A stretch of DNA of 37,015 nucleotides, taken from contig JAWOBN010000032.1 in assembly GCA_046484245.1 (NCBI GenBank), positions 1 through 37,015 of the forward strand, in the 5' to 3' direction. Of this stretch, positions 8,280-18,078 are shown in pieces (the stretch's first letter is position 1; each line of letters starts with the position of its first letter). A program made the translations under genes and the position numbers. The stretch is from a bacterium. Its GTDB lineage: Bacteria; Hydrothermota; 32-111. The notes under the pieces were generated by a model that saw nothing but the letters and a program-made list of their open reading frames with translations, did no database searches and was not told the origin of the DNA.

Positions 8280-8701
8280 GCATCTTGTGAGTCTTTTTCA
8301 CTGCTCATGTAATACTCAATGATATCAGTCACCTCTTTCTTATACCTGCCGTATCTCACATATATCCCTCGGAAATTCTCCAGTCTGCTCGGCCGTTCAA
8401 ATGGTGAAAGCAGAATACCCTTTGAATCCGCATAATAATTCCTGAATCTCTCCCACGGGTATTTCTTCTTCTGAAAGAGATACTTCACTGTTACGCCTTC
8501 ACTGTCAATAGAGTATTTTGTGGGAACAAAATAAGGGGTCAGTGTCAGCAGTATTATGACAAGTGCAAGGAGAATACCGGAGAATCCCAGCCACATGAAT
8601 CCTCCGAAAATAATTATCAGAACTCCGGCATATGCCAGTATATTCATTTTACTGTCATTGTCCTGTACAGGATGTGATACCCATTCAAATTCCCTGTTCA
8701 C
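8276..8701 (-). CDS. Hypothetical membrane protein (two TMs plus a possible PH-like domain)
   Basis: Two hydrophobic helices then a beta-rich region (YSIDSEGVTVK, YPWERF); SD GGAGGTG; overlaps the HIT gene. Confidence 0.7.
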   Translation of the reverse strand: MNREFEWVSHPVQDNDSKMNILAYAGVLIIIFGGFMWLGFSGILLALVIILLTLTPYFVPTKYSIDSEGVTVKYLFQKKKYPWERFRNYYADSKGILLSPFERPSRLENFRGIYVRYGRYKKEVTDIIEYYMSSEKDSQDA

Positions 8702-9167
8702 CTGTCACCTCCATGTATGCATCCCTGAGACGCTTGACGGATTTTGAAATGTATTCCGATATCAATTTGGTTTCGGAGAAAACAGGCATGAAATTCGTAT
8801 CACCGTTCCATCTGGGCACTATGTGCACATGGAGATGATCCGTTATGCCTGCACCTGCAGACCTGCCCATATTGATGCCCACATTGATGCCGTCAGGCTG
8901 ATATGACTTCTTGACAATCTTTACTCCAATGCGGACTCCTGCCCACAATCCGGCATTCTCACTCTCAGACAATTCATCAAGCATCTTTGAATGCACCCTC
9001 GGAGCAACCATAATATGCCCGTTATTATACGGATAGAGATTCATTATTATCAGCCAATCTTTATTCTCCGCTACTGTTGTCTCTTTGTCATTATCACAGA
9101 ATATGCATCTGTCTGTCTCAGGGCTCATTATATATTCCATGCGCCACGGTGCCCATTTGTGTTTCAT
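8685..9167 (-). CDS. HIT family hydrolase (Ap4A phosphorylase/Fhit-like)
   Basis: WAPWR, CIFC, NLYPYNNGH and the HLHVHIVPRW histidine triad. Confidence 0.93.
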   Translation of the reverse strand: MKHKWAPWRMEYIMSPETDRCIFCDNDKETTVAENKDWLIIMNLYPYNNGHIMVAPRVHSKMLDELSESENAGLWAGVRIGVKIVKKSYQPDGINVGINMGRSAGAGITDHLHVHIVPRWNGDTNFMPVFSETKLISEYISKSVKRLRDAYMEVTGEQGI

Positions 9168-10339
9168 TGATCCTCCTTAAAAAGCGGTTTGCCGAATTTC
9201 CCGTCATATCCGGCATCAAATTCCAGATTGCCGTTTCTTATTCTTTCTATTAAAGAGCCTATTCTATAACCTGTCAACATGTCTATCTCCCCTGGATCTG
9301 CAATTGTTTTCATATACATTTCATCTATTGACTGAAGTATCTCGGATTCAATTGTCTTCATCGCCTTTTTCATATTGTCCCTCTTCTTTATGTATCTTGC
9401 TATCTCAATAAGGGGTACGTTGTAGTAAACCTCTTTGTCATGGACTGACTCTTTAATGCCGTTCTTGCTTCTTATCCTTGCAAACACCCCCTCAGTGAGT
9501 TTCCTGCCGCATACAGGACACAGTCCGTCTCCGTCAAGTGTGGAATACCCGCACTTCCTGTGGCCTGATGCAAAATATTTGCCCTCCTGGGGATAGAATT
9601 CAACAGTTCCGCGCAGTATATCATTCCCCTCTTCAAGAGCCCTTCTGAGAATGACAATATCTAAGCTGTCTGTTGAGAGCACTGTTGCCTCCCTCCCCAG
9701 TTTGCCGGGTGAATGGGCATCAGAAAATGACACAAGAGAGTAATCGGAAAATTTCCCGTACATCCTGTTCATATCAGGGTCAGATGAGAGACCTGTCTCC
9801 ATTGCCGAGAATACGGACATATCATCAACTGCATCAGCAATATCCTCATAGCCCGACTTCTTGCCCATTATCCCGAAATGGGGAGTCCACACATGGGCTG
9901 GTATTATTATTGACAGGGGATCCTCATTCCTGACAATGCCTGTAAACTCCCTCACTGATAGTTTCAGAATGGGCCTTCCGTCACTCTCCAATTTGCCGTA
10001 CTTGCCAATAATGCCCTTGATTTTCCTCACTGTTTCAAATGAGGAGAGTACGACAAGGAGATGCACCTTTCTTGTAGTGTCAAATTCCCTGTATATCAGG
10101 GAAACCTCAACTGTAATGAAGAACTTCACTCCATTATATACATATATGCCATTGCCGCATACCTGCAGTTTGCTCTGAGCTTCAAGCAGCTGCTCCTCCC
10201 TGAAAATATCAGCTGTACCGAGTATATCAATGCCCTTGAGTTTTGCCTCCCTGCTGTAACCGTCAAGGTCAGCATACTTTGAACAGGCAAGAGAGTATTT
10301 TGTATGAAGATGAAGATCCATGAATGCTATTTCCTGCAT
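9164..10339 (-). CDS. Endonuclease Q family PHP-domain protein
   Basis: DLHLHTKYS, PAHVWTP, ETGLSSD, SDAHS, GRE, GHRKC...CPVCG zinc site and GYDGKFG. Confidence 0.88.
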   Translation of the reverse strand: MQEIAFMDLHLHTKYSLACSKYADLDGYSREAKLKGIDILGTADIFREEQLLEAQSKLQVCGNGIYVYNGVKFFITVEVSLIYREFDTTRKVHLLVVLSSFETVRKIKGIIGKYGKLESDGRPILKLSVREFTGIVRNEDPLSIIIPAHVWTPHFGIMGKKSGYEDIADAVDDMSVFSAMETGLSSDPDMNRMYGKFSDYSLVSFSDAHSPGKLGREATVLSTDSLDIVILRRALEEGNDILRGTVEFYPQEGKYFASGHRKCGYSTLDGDGLCPVCGRKLTEGVFARIRSKNGIKESVHDKEVYYNVPLIEIARYIKKRDNMKKAMKTIESEILQSIDEMYMKTIADPGEIDMLTGYRIGSLIERIRNGNLEFDAGYDGKFGKPLFKEDQ

Positions 10340-11058
10340 ACTGCAAACCCCCTTTCCGTATCACTTTCTGCCGGATTGTCTGTGAGGAATTCCAGAATCC
10401 TGCAATGCGAGAAACCCGCTTTATAAACAGATTTCTCTACCTCATCAATACTGACAGCCCTCTCCGAAAAACTCAATGTATCCGTGATCCTGTCGTCCTC
10501 ATATATAACAAGTGTCAATTTGCACACACCGGTCTTGCTGGAATAATCCGTCTTCCACTTTGATGTCAGGCCTGCACTCCTTCTTATGAAATCACCGTCT
10601 GCAAAACTCTCAAGCCCCTTTCGGGTATTGAAGTCAAAATAGAATAAGCCATTGTCTCTCAGTACATCATATACATTCCTCAAGACACGGTTCATATCAT
10701 CATGACTGAAATGATTGACAGTGTCATACATGCATACTGCCGCATCAAAGCCCTCTCTCAGGGGGAGCTGTCTCATATCACCTGTAATTGCATGGATACG
10801 GTCAATCCTCTCTGATCTGTGATGGATCATTTTGAGCATCTCCAATGAATTATCCAGACACCAAACATCCAGATTATGTCTTGATAATTCACAGGCAAGA
10901 GAGCCGGTGCCTGCACCCAGGTCCAGGAATGCGTTTCCGCTCGCCCCGTCTCTGTAATAAAGACCCACTATATACGAAGCCCATTTCTTATACGGTATGA
11001 ACTGCATAAGGTCATTGTAATACTCTGCAACAGAGTCATAATTGAATTGTAATTTCAT
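10327..11058 (-). CDS. Class I SAM-dependent methyltransferase
   Basis: LDLGAGTG, DNSLEML, GDMR and DTVNH motifs. Confidence 0.9.
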   Translation of the reverse strand: MKLQFNYDSVAEYYNDLMQFIPYKKWASYIVGLYYRDGASGNAFLDLGAGTGSLACELSRHNLDVWCLDNSLEMLKMIHHRSERIDRIHAITGDMRQLPLREGFDAAVCMYDTVNHFSHDDMNRVLRNVYDVLRDNGLFYFDFNTRKGLESFADGDFIRRSAGLTSKWKTDYSSKTGVCKLTLVIYEDDRITDTLSFSERAVSIDEVEKSVYKAGFSHCRILEFLTDNPAESDTERGFAVCRK

Positions 11059-11983
11059 TGCTCTCCAATTTATCCAGTATCTGTTCTACTTCACTGTACG
11101 ACTCGGTATAATTGATGATTTCCCTGTATTTCTTGATATTCCGTATCCCCTTTGTGTACCAGTGGAAATGCTTCCTCATGTATTTAATGAATGAAACATC
11201 ATTCTGTCTGCCGGCCATGGTGTAGTGTTTTCTCAGGCATGCTATCCTCTCACCGGCAGTTGCCGGAGAATACGCACCCTCTTCTTCCAGTGACTTGATA
11301 TTTCTGAATATGAAGGGATTGCCCATTGCCGCCCTGCCTATCATAATACTGTCAACACCGTATGATTTCATCTCCAGTGCTTTACGGGGTGAATCTATGT
11401 CACCATTGCCTATTACAGGTATAGTGAGCTCATTTTTAATATCAGCAATTGCATCCCAGTCAGCACTTCCCGAAAACCCCTGGACAGCGGTTCTGCCGTG
11501 AACAGATATGAAAGAAGCCCCTCCATTCCGGACTGCTCTTGCAATTTCCAGTGCATTGTTCCTGTCCCACCCGAGCCGGATTTTGGCTGATACAGGCACA
11601 TTGACAGATCTTTTCACAGCACTGACACATTGTTCAATGAGACCGGGGTTCCTGAGCATGGCAGCCCCCGAGCCTGTACGCACAACCTTTTTCACGGAGC
11701 ATCCCATATTTATATCAATGAAATCAGGGGATTGCCTCTCTGCAATACGGGCAGCAGCAGCAAGATGAGCCGGACTGCTGCCGAAGATCTGTATGCCGGC
11801 AGTATAGGATGAAGGTGTGAAATCCATCAGTCTGAAGGATTTTGCGGAATTATGTATGAGTCCCATGGCTGATATCAATTCCGTACATACAATATCTGCC
11901 CCCTGTTCAATGCATATATTTCTGAAACTGGAATCCGTGATACCGGCTAATGGGGCAAGAAAAAGTTTATCCCTTACATTCAT
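11036..11983 (-). CDS. dusB: tRNA-dihydrouridine synthase
   Basis: LAPLAGITD, IDINMGC (catalytic Cys), KIRLGW, VHGRT, GNGDI and MIGRA. Confidence 0.92.
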   Translation of the reverse strand: MNVRDKLFLAPLAGITDSSFRNICIEQGADIVCTELISAMGLIHNSAKSFRLMDFTPSSYTAGIQIFGSSPAHLAAAARIAERQSPDFIDINMGCSVKKVVRTGSGAAMLRNPGLIEQCVSAVKRSVNVPVSAKIRLGWDRNNALEIARAVRNGGASFISVHGRTAVQGFSGSADWDAIADIKNELTIPVIGNGDIDSPRKALEMKSYGVDSIMIGRAAMGNPFIFRNIKSLEEEGAYSPATAGERIACLRKHYTMAGRQNDVSFIKYMRKHFHWYTKGIRNIKKYREIINYTESYSEVEQILDKLESNEITIQL

Positions 11984-12904
11984 TTAACGGATAACTGTAT
12001 CCCTGTCAATGAATCCCATGGGGTCAATCCTCTTGTTGAATATCCTCACTTCATAGTGGAGATGCGGGCCTGTTGATATACCGCTGTTTCCCATAAGTCC
12101 TATCTTCTGATGCCTTTTTACAATATCACCCTTTCTGACAATATATCTGTTGAGATGGGCATATACGGTCTGATAACCGTAACCGTGGTCAATCTTGAGT
12201 ACCCTGCCGTATCCGGGCAGTCTGCCGGAGAAAACGACCTTGCCGTCAGCAGGAGCATATATCTCTGTATTGAAATCATTGGCAATATCAAGTCCTCTGT
12301 GCATCTCGCTCTTTCCTGTTATGGGATGCGTCCTGTTCCCGAACTTGGAGGTCATCCAGCCCCTCGTGGGCATTGTGGATGGCTTATGTTTCAGGAGCTT
12401 GTGCTCCTGGGAGAGATTTATCTTGATATCGTCAATATTACGCTTCTCAAAATTGATTATATTCTCCGCCTGATAAAGGCGGCTGTCCAGATTATTGATC
12501 ATCTCCCTCGTTCTGCCGTTTATACTGTTCATTCTCTTGTCCACAACACGGTAACCGCCGATACCGAGGTCTCTCACATCAGATGGTATGGGGTCAAGAT
12601 TTGCCATAACACGCATATGCTTCTCCAGCACAATGATATTCTCCATTCTCTCAATCAATCTGTTCACATATTCATTCTTCTGTGATATCTGATTATTGAT
12701 CAGATTCTTCTTTGCAGAGAGAGTGTATTTTGCATTGGGGTCAAGGTGATATATCTTTGCCACTGTATAGAGGCCCAGTGAGAACACCAGTACAGAGATT
12801 ACAGCCAGTGATATATTCCTCAGTGCAGCAGCTGTAATTGTAAAAGTAAAGGGTCTGCTGTTGCCATTGTATTCATTTTCAACAATAAATGTCCACTTCT
12901 TCAT
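11984..12904 (-). CDS. M23 family metallopeptidase with N-terminal TM and coiled coil
   Basis: HRGLD (HxxxD), YAHL and STGPHLHYEV (HxH). Confidence 0.93.
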   Translation of the reverse strand: MKKWTFIVENEYNGNSRPFTFTITAAALRNISLAVISVLVFSLGLYTVAKIYHLDPNAKYTLSAKKNLINNQISQKNEYVNRLIERMENIIVLEKHMRVMANLDPIPSDVRDLGIGGYRVVDKRMNSINGRTREMINNLDSRLYQAENIINFEKRNIDDIKINLSQEHKLLKHKPSTMPTRGWMTSKFGNRTHPITGKSEMHRGLDIANDFNTEIYAPADGKVVFSGRLPGYGRVLKIDHGYGYQTVYAHLNRYIVRKGDIVKRHQKIGLMGNSGISTGPHLHYEVRIFNKRIDPMGFIDRDTVIR

Positions 12905-12911
12905 GTTTCAT

Positions 12912-12939
12912 ATTATAATAAAAATACAATTACTGTCAA
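12912..12939 (-). promoter_or_regulatory. sigma-70 promoter of the M23 operon (leaderless type)
   Basis: TTGACA-16 nt-TATAAT, 7 nt before the ATG at 12904. Confidence 0.75.
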
Positions 12940-12983
12940 CTATTATTTTTATATTGATAAAAAATATTTTTTTCAATTTCCCC

Positions 12984-13012
12984 TTGACAAAATGGAGTGC
13001 AGAGAGTAAAAT
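12984..13012 (+). promoter_or_regulatory. sigma-70 promoter of the dcw cluster
   Basis: TTGACA (12984-12989)-17 nt-TAAAAT (13007-13012). Confidence 0.8.
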
Positions 13013-13047
13013 GTGGATAAAAATGGAATGAAGTGGAGTAATATGGA
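13013..13047 (+). promoter_or_regulatory. MraZ-binding direct repeats
   Basis: RTGGA at 13013, 13023, 13033 and 13043 (exact 10-bp period), resembling known GTGG-type MraZ boxes. Confidence 0.8.
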
Positions 13048-13480
13048 AAGTAAATATTCATTCAAAGGCAAATTCTCATTCAAGATTGACTCCAAGGGCA
13101 GAATCATAATACCGTCCAAGATGAGAAAACAGCTGGACACCAAGAAATTCACCCTGATACCATCATATAAGAATCATCTTATACTCTTCCCTGACAGATC
13201 ATTTGAGGATTTTGAGAACAGGATAAGGCAGTCACTGTCCGAGGAGGAGAAAAAGATTGTCATCGGTTATATTTACTCCAATGCAGAGGACATACATTCG
13301 GATTCACAGGGCAGGATAATACTCCCCTCACAGCTTCTTGAACATGCCTCAATCAATGATGAGATACTTATAGTCGGAGCAATGGACAGGATTGAACTGT
13401 GGAATCCGTCTCAGTTCAATTCATACATGAAGGATGTGGTCAAGGAACATGCTCAAACACTCAAATCAATAGGACTGTAA
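13043..13480 (+). CDS. mraZ: Division/cell wall cluster transcriptional regulator MraZ
   Basis: Two AbrB-like repeats (IDSKGRIIIP, DSQGRIILP) and DRIELW. Start moved to the ATG at 13043 (GGAG at 13035-13038). Confidence 0.95.
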   Translation: MESKYSFKGKFSFKIDSKGRIIIPSKMRKQLDTKKFTLIPSYKNHLILFPDRSFEDFENRIRQSLSEEEKKIVIGYIYSNAEDIHSDSQGRIILPSQLLEHASINDEILIVGAMDRIELWNPSQFNSYMKDVVKEHAQTLKSIGL

Positions 13481-13481
13481 T

Positions 13482-13832
13482 ATGAGATATAAGAAGGAGA
13501 GGAGAGAAAATTTTATTTTCATCAGTTTCTCGGGAAGAATGCTCATTGATGACATAGACAGCTTCTATAAATTGGTAAAGCCGGTCATTGATTCAGACGC
13601 CTCCCTTGTAATAGACCTGAGGAAAACAAGCCATATACATTACAGGATAATCAATCACATGCTCATTATCAGGAATGAATTAAAGAGGGATAACAGGGAT
13701 ATAAAGATCATATGCAGAGACCCCTATATTATATCAATTTTCAGCCTTATGCAGTATCCCGTATATGAGGATCTCACACCGGACATGTATTCAGCAAAAC
13801 ATTCAATCTGCAATAAAGCATACATAGGATGA
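13482..13832 (+). CDS. STAS-domain (anti-sigma antagonist-like) protein
   Basis: 116 aa; ISFSGRM...LVIDLRKTSHI...IKII...IISIFSL matches the STAS fold pattern. Confidence 0.7.
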   Translation: MRYKKERRENFIFISFSGRMLIDDIDSFYKLVKPVIDSDASLVIDLRKTSHIHYRIINHMLIIRNELKRDNRDIKIICRDPYIISIFSLMQYPVYEDLTPDMYSAKHSICNKAYIG

Positions 13833-14671
13833 TACATAAGCCTGTTCTTTTAAATGAAACGATTAGGATGCTCAACATCATTCCCCAAGGACACTATCTT
13901 GACTGCACAGGCGGATTCGGGGGGCACAGCAGCGCCATACTGGAAAAACTCCGGGGCGGGCATCTCTATATTACTGATATGGACAAATATGCTTATGATT
14001 ATCTGCTGAAAGAATTCGGCAGTGAGGAGAATGTAACAGTGATGCATATCAATTACAAAAACTTCAGGACAGACAGACCGCTTGACGGTATTCTTCTTGA
14101 TCTGGGCATATCATCCTATCATGTGGATGACGGAGAGAGGGGGTTTTCATTCAGAACAGATGCCCCGCTTGATATGCGCATGGACCGCACATCCCCGTTC
14201 TCGCTTATACAATGGATCAAACAGACGGATGTCCCCGTTATTGCACAGGTGATTGAACAGTATTCGGATGAGAAGAGGGCTATGGATATAGCAAAGGCAA
14301 TAAAAAGAAGAGCCAATAAGGATAATATGAACACGACATTTGACCTGAAGGACGCAGTGATAGAGGGCACAGGAGGCAGGGGTGTCAAATATTCCCTCAG
14401 GCGGGTATTCCAGGCATTGAGGATACTGACCAATGATGAGATGAACAGCCTGCATCAATTCCTTGAGAGAGTCCCTTCACTTCTCAAACCGGGGGGCAGG
14501 CTGGCAGTACTGACATATCACTCTATTGAGGACAGGACTGTAAAGCACACATTGAGGAATATGAAGAATATGAGAATTGTAAACAAGAGGGTTATCAAGC
14601 CCCATTATACGGAAATCAAGGATAACAAGAGGGCAAGAAGCGCACAGCTGAGGGGGGCGGAAAGAGTATGA
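13829..14671 (+). CDS. rsmH: 16S rRNA m4C1402 methyltransferase
   Basis: HKPVLLNE, DCTGGFGGHS, DLGISS, PLDMRMD, FQALRI and RARSAQLR. Confidence 0.96.
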   Translation: MIHKPVLLNETIRMLNIIPQGHYLDCTGGFGGHSSAILEKLRGGHLYITDMDKYAYDYLLKEFGSEENVTVMHINYKNFRTDRPLDGILLDLGISSYHVDDGERGFSFRTDAPLDMRMDRTSPFSLIQWIKQTDVPVIAQVIEQYSDEKRAMDIAKAIKRRANKDNMNTTFDLKDAVIEGTGGRGVKYSLRRVFQALRILTNDEMNSLHQFLERVPSLLKPGGRLAVLTYHSIEDRTVKHTLRNMKNMRIVNKRVIKPHYTEIKDNKRARSAQLRGAERV

Positions 14672-14931
14672 TGAAAAAGGTCAGTTTCTGGATATTCCTC
14701 GGATTTGCGGCACTCTTTATAATATCATGGATGAGATTCAATATTCTGCAGCTCACAATGATCATAGGCAATTATGATGCTGAATACAGAAAGCAGACAA
14801 ACAGATACATCAGGCTGAAGCTTACTCAGGAGCGCCTTACCTCTTATGCGCGGCTCAAAAACTACGGCAGGGATACACTCAATATGAGATTCCCGGACGG
14901 AGATGATTATGCATCCGGAAATGATGATTAA
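14668..14931 (+). CDS. ftsL: Cell division protein FtsL-like
   Basis: Small TM plus coiled-coil protein between rsmH and ftsI. Confidence 0.7.
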   Translation: MMKKVSFWIFLGFAALFIISWMRFNILQLTMIIGNYDAEYRKQTNRYIRLKLTQERLTSYARLKNYGRDTLNMRFPDGDDYASGNDD

Positions 14932-16633
14932 GAATATCAAGAAATACTCCAAACAGATAAATAAACGCATAAATATTGTCATACTCCTGCTTGCATTAAT
15001 GGTAATAGGACTTTCGGGGAAAATTTTCTATCTGCAGATATTCCGGTCACGCAGTATGGAGAAGATATGCCTTGAGAAGAGTGTGCTCAAGTATAAAGAC
15101 CCTGCAGAGAGGGGTGAGATAAGAGACAGCAGAGGCAATACCATAGCAACCAATATTGTCTGCCACAATCTCTATATACGCAGGGGAAAAATAACCAATA
15201 AGAATAGACTCATCAGGGATATTGCCCAATGCGGTATTCTGAGCAGACAGAGTATTGCAGAGAAGCTCAACAGCAAATTCAGCTATATAGCTCTTTACCG
15301 CAATCTGTCAGAGGGTCAGATTGACGCTCTTGAATCATTGAATAATGATGCGGTGATCATACACAGAGAACAGATAAGGCATTATGTTCACCCGGGGATA
15401 TTCTCTCCCATAACAGGATTTGTCGGAATGGACAATCAGGGTCTTGAGGGCATTGAATATATGTACAATGAAGAACTGAAGGGCAAAGAGGGTTATGTGC
15501 AGTATCAGAGGAAACCAACAGGCAGGATGTTCAAGCATCCTTCCAATCAGGACAAACCTGCACGGAAGGGCAAGGATATAGTGCTGACATTAAGATCAAG
15601 ATTTCAGGAGATTGCCTATAATGAACTGGCTCAATGTGTGGATGAATACAATGCCCAGTCAGGCAATGTCATTATCATGCATGTTCAGTCCGGTGAAATA
15701 CTGGCAATGACAAGCTATCCCTCCTATAATTCCAATCAGCTCGGCTCGGGGGATCCCGGCAAGTGCAAGAATCACTCCATACTCTCACTGTATGAACCCG
15801 GGTCAATATTCAAGATGATAACTGCAGCTGCTGCAATTGAGTACAGTAAAGTAGGATTGGATGAAATTGTCAAGAAGGCAGATGAGGATTCCCTCATAAT
15901 AAACGGCCATATAATAAAGGATGCGCATGAAAGCGATAAACTGACATTTGAAGAAGCATTCATACAGTCATCCAATATCGGTTTTGTCAATATAGGCAGA
16001 AAAGTCGGCAAGAGGCTCTTCTATGTTATGATAAATGCCATGGGATTCAACAGGCGTGTTGATATAGGCCTTCCCGGTGAGCAGAAGGGCATTCTGCTTC
16101 ATGAGAGGGAATGGATACCTATACATAAGGCAAATATATGTTTCGGACAGGGCATTTCAGTCACTGCACTGCAGATGATTGCTGCATATAATATTGTGGC
16201 AAACAGGGGTGTCTATGTCAAACCGACTATAATCAAATCAATCGGCAATAATAATATTCACCGTCCGAGTGCCAAGAGGATAATCAGAGAGAGCACTGCA
16301 GCTAAACTCAATTCACTGCTTGAAAGTGTTGTGAAGGCAGGCACGGGCAAGAAGGCATCTGTTGACGGGATTTCCATTGCAGGCAAGACAGGCACTGCTG
16401 AGAAGAGCAGTCAGACAGGCGGATATGCCCGTGACAGATACACATCATCATTTGTAGGATACTTCCCTTCCGACAGGCCCGAGTATATCATGATAGTAAC
16501 TGTTGAAGAACCGAGGGGCATTTACTGGGGCAGTGAGGTGGCTGCTCCCCTCTTTTCGGAAATCACCAGGCAGATAATCAATCTCAGGGAAAACCGTCAT
16601 CTCATAAAACCCGAGAAGGAGATACAGGCATAA
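14903..16633 (+). CDS. ftsI: Class B PBP, divisome transpeptidase
   Basis: RGEIRD, GLEGIE; intact SxxK (SIFK), SxN (SSN) and KTG motifs. The true start may be 14921. Confidence 0.93.
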   Translation: MIMHPEMMIKNIKKYSKQINKRINIVILLLALMVIGLSGKIFYLQIFRSRSMEKICLEKSVLKYKDPAERGEIRDSRGNTIATNIVCHNLYIRRGKITNKNRLIRDIAQCGILSRQSIAEKLNSKFSYIALYRNLSEGQIDALESLNNDAVIIHREQIRHYVHPGIFSPITGFVGMDNQGLEGIEYMYNEELKGKEGYVQYQRKPTGRMFKHPSNQDKPARKGKDIVLTLRSRFQEIAYNELAQCVDEYNAQSGNVIIMHVQSGEILAMTSYPSYNSNQLGSGDPGKCKNHSILSLYEPGSIFKMITAAAAIEYSKVGLDEIVKKADEDSLIINGHIIKDAHESDKLTFEEAFIQSSNIGFVNIGRKVGKRLFYVMINAMGFNRRVDIGLPGEQKGILLHEREWIPIHKANICFGQGISVTALQMIAAYNIVANRGVYVKPTIIKSIGNNNIHRPSAKRIIRESTAAKLNSLLESVVKAGTGKKASVDGISIAGKTGTAEKSSQTGGYARDRYTSSFVGYFPSDRPEYIMIVTVEEPRGIYWGSEVAAPLFSEITRQIINLRENRHLIKPEKEIQA

Positions 16634-18078
16634 TGAGACTCAGTGAATTAATAAAGGATTTGAGTATCACGAAAATCAATTTCAGTGACACTGAGATTGA
16701 GAGTATTGCATTTGATTCAAGGAATGCAAGGGACAATACACTGTTTATAGCCAGGAAGGGTATGAATTCTGACGGTAATGACTTTATTGAAAATGCAGTG
16801 AAGAAAGGGGCTGCTGCAGTAATGACAGAAAATAACAAAACAGAAGCCCCCATACCTGTTTTGATAAGCAGTAATATAAGAAGGGATACAGCAATTATTG
16901 CACGCCGGTTCTACAATAAACCGGATGAGCATATTCATATTACGGGTATTACAGGCACAAACGGCAAGACAACAACATCATATCTCCTCAAACATATCCT
17001 CTCTCAGGAAGCCGAGACGGGTCTTATCGGTACAATACGCCATATGATAGGCCGGCGTATTATTGAAGCAGTCAATACAACACCCGATCCCCCGCTCATA
17101 TACAATCTCCTCAGTGAAATGGTCAAGGCAGGATGCAGATACTGTGTCATGGAGGTCTCATCCCACGGTCTCAAGCTGGACCGTGTTTACGGATTGGATT
17201 TTGACAGTGTTATATTCACCAATCTCACTCAGGATCACCTTGATTTTCATAAAACAATGGAGGATTATAAACAGTCAAAACTGAAACTCTTCAGTATGAT
17301 AAAGAACACCGGTTTTGCTGTTGTCAATGCTGATGACAGTCATGCAGCTGACTTTATAGACAGTGTATCTGACAATCCGGTTTACACTTTCGGACTGAGG
17401 AACAGGGATGCCCGCTGGACAATTGACATCAGGCGCATATCAATGGCAGGGAGCAAATTCACTCTGTCAGACAGAGAGAAGAATCTGTCATTTGAGATAG
17501 ATATAAAGATCATAGGCGACTATAATATATATAATGCATCAGCTGCATTTATAACTGCATACTATACAGGCATAGAGCCGGATATAATAATCAGGGGCCT
17601 GGCGGATGCCGGCAATATAGAGGGCAGGTTTGAGAAATTCCGCGACAGAAGAGGATTCTATGCAGTTGTGGATTATGCACATACACCCGATGCACTTGAG
17701 CGTGTACTGAAAACAGTAAAGAGGCTCACCCACGGCCGGGTTATCACAGTATTCGGATGCGGGGGTGACAGGGATAAATCCAAAAGACCGATAATGGGAA
17801 AAATAGCAACGCATTACTCGGATATGACAATAATCACTTCGGATAATCCCAGGACGGAGAATCCCCTCAATATTATTCAGGATATTGAGAGCGGTATAAA
17901 GGAGAAGAATTATTTCATTGAACCGAACAGGAAAAAAGCAATCAAGAGGGCTATTGAGCATGCAAAACCCGAAGATACTGTGATTGTTGCAGGCAAGGGT
18001 CATGAGACATATCAGATAATCGGTTCCCGCACAGTTCATTTTGATGACAGGGAAGAGATAAGGAGATATCTGAAATAA
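16633..18078 (+). CDS. murE: UDP-MurNAc-dipeptide:meso-DAP ligase
   Basis: GITGTNGKTT, MEVSSH, DHLDFH, DYAHTPD, DNPR (meso-DAP signature) and AGKGHE. Confidence 0.97.
   Translation: MRLSELIKDLSITKINFSDTEIESIAFDSRNARDNTLFIARKGMNSDGNDFIENAVKKGAAAVMTENNKTEAPIPVLISSNIRRDTAIIARRFYNKPDEHIHITGITGTNGKTTTSYLLKHILSQEAETGLIGTIRHMIGRRIIEAVNTTPDPPLIYNLLSEMVKAGCRYCVMEVSSHGLKLDRVYGLDFDSVIFTNLTQDHLDFHKTMEDYKQSKLKLFSMIKNTGFAVVNADDSHAADFIDSVSDNPVYTFGLRNRDARWTIDIRRISMAGSKFTLSDREKNLSFEIDIKIIGDYNIYNASAAFITAYYTGIEPDIIIRGLADAGNIEGRFEKFRDRRGFYAVVDYAHTPDALERVLKTVKRLTHGRVITVFGCGGDRDKSKRPIMGKIATHYSDMTIITSDNPRTENPLNIIQDIESGIKEKNYFIEPNRKKAIKRAIEHAKPEDTVIVAGKGHETYQIIGSRTVHFDDREEIRRYLK

Noticed and set aside
13013..13042. 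N-terminal extension of MraZ from the GTG at 13013
   Set aside because: It starts immediately after the -10 box, upstream of the likely TSS, and consists of operator repeats.
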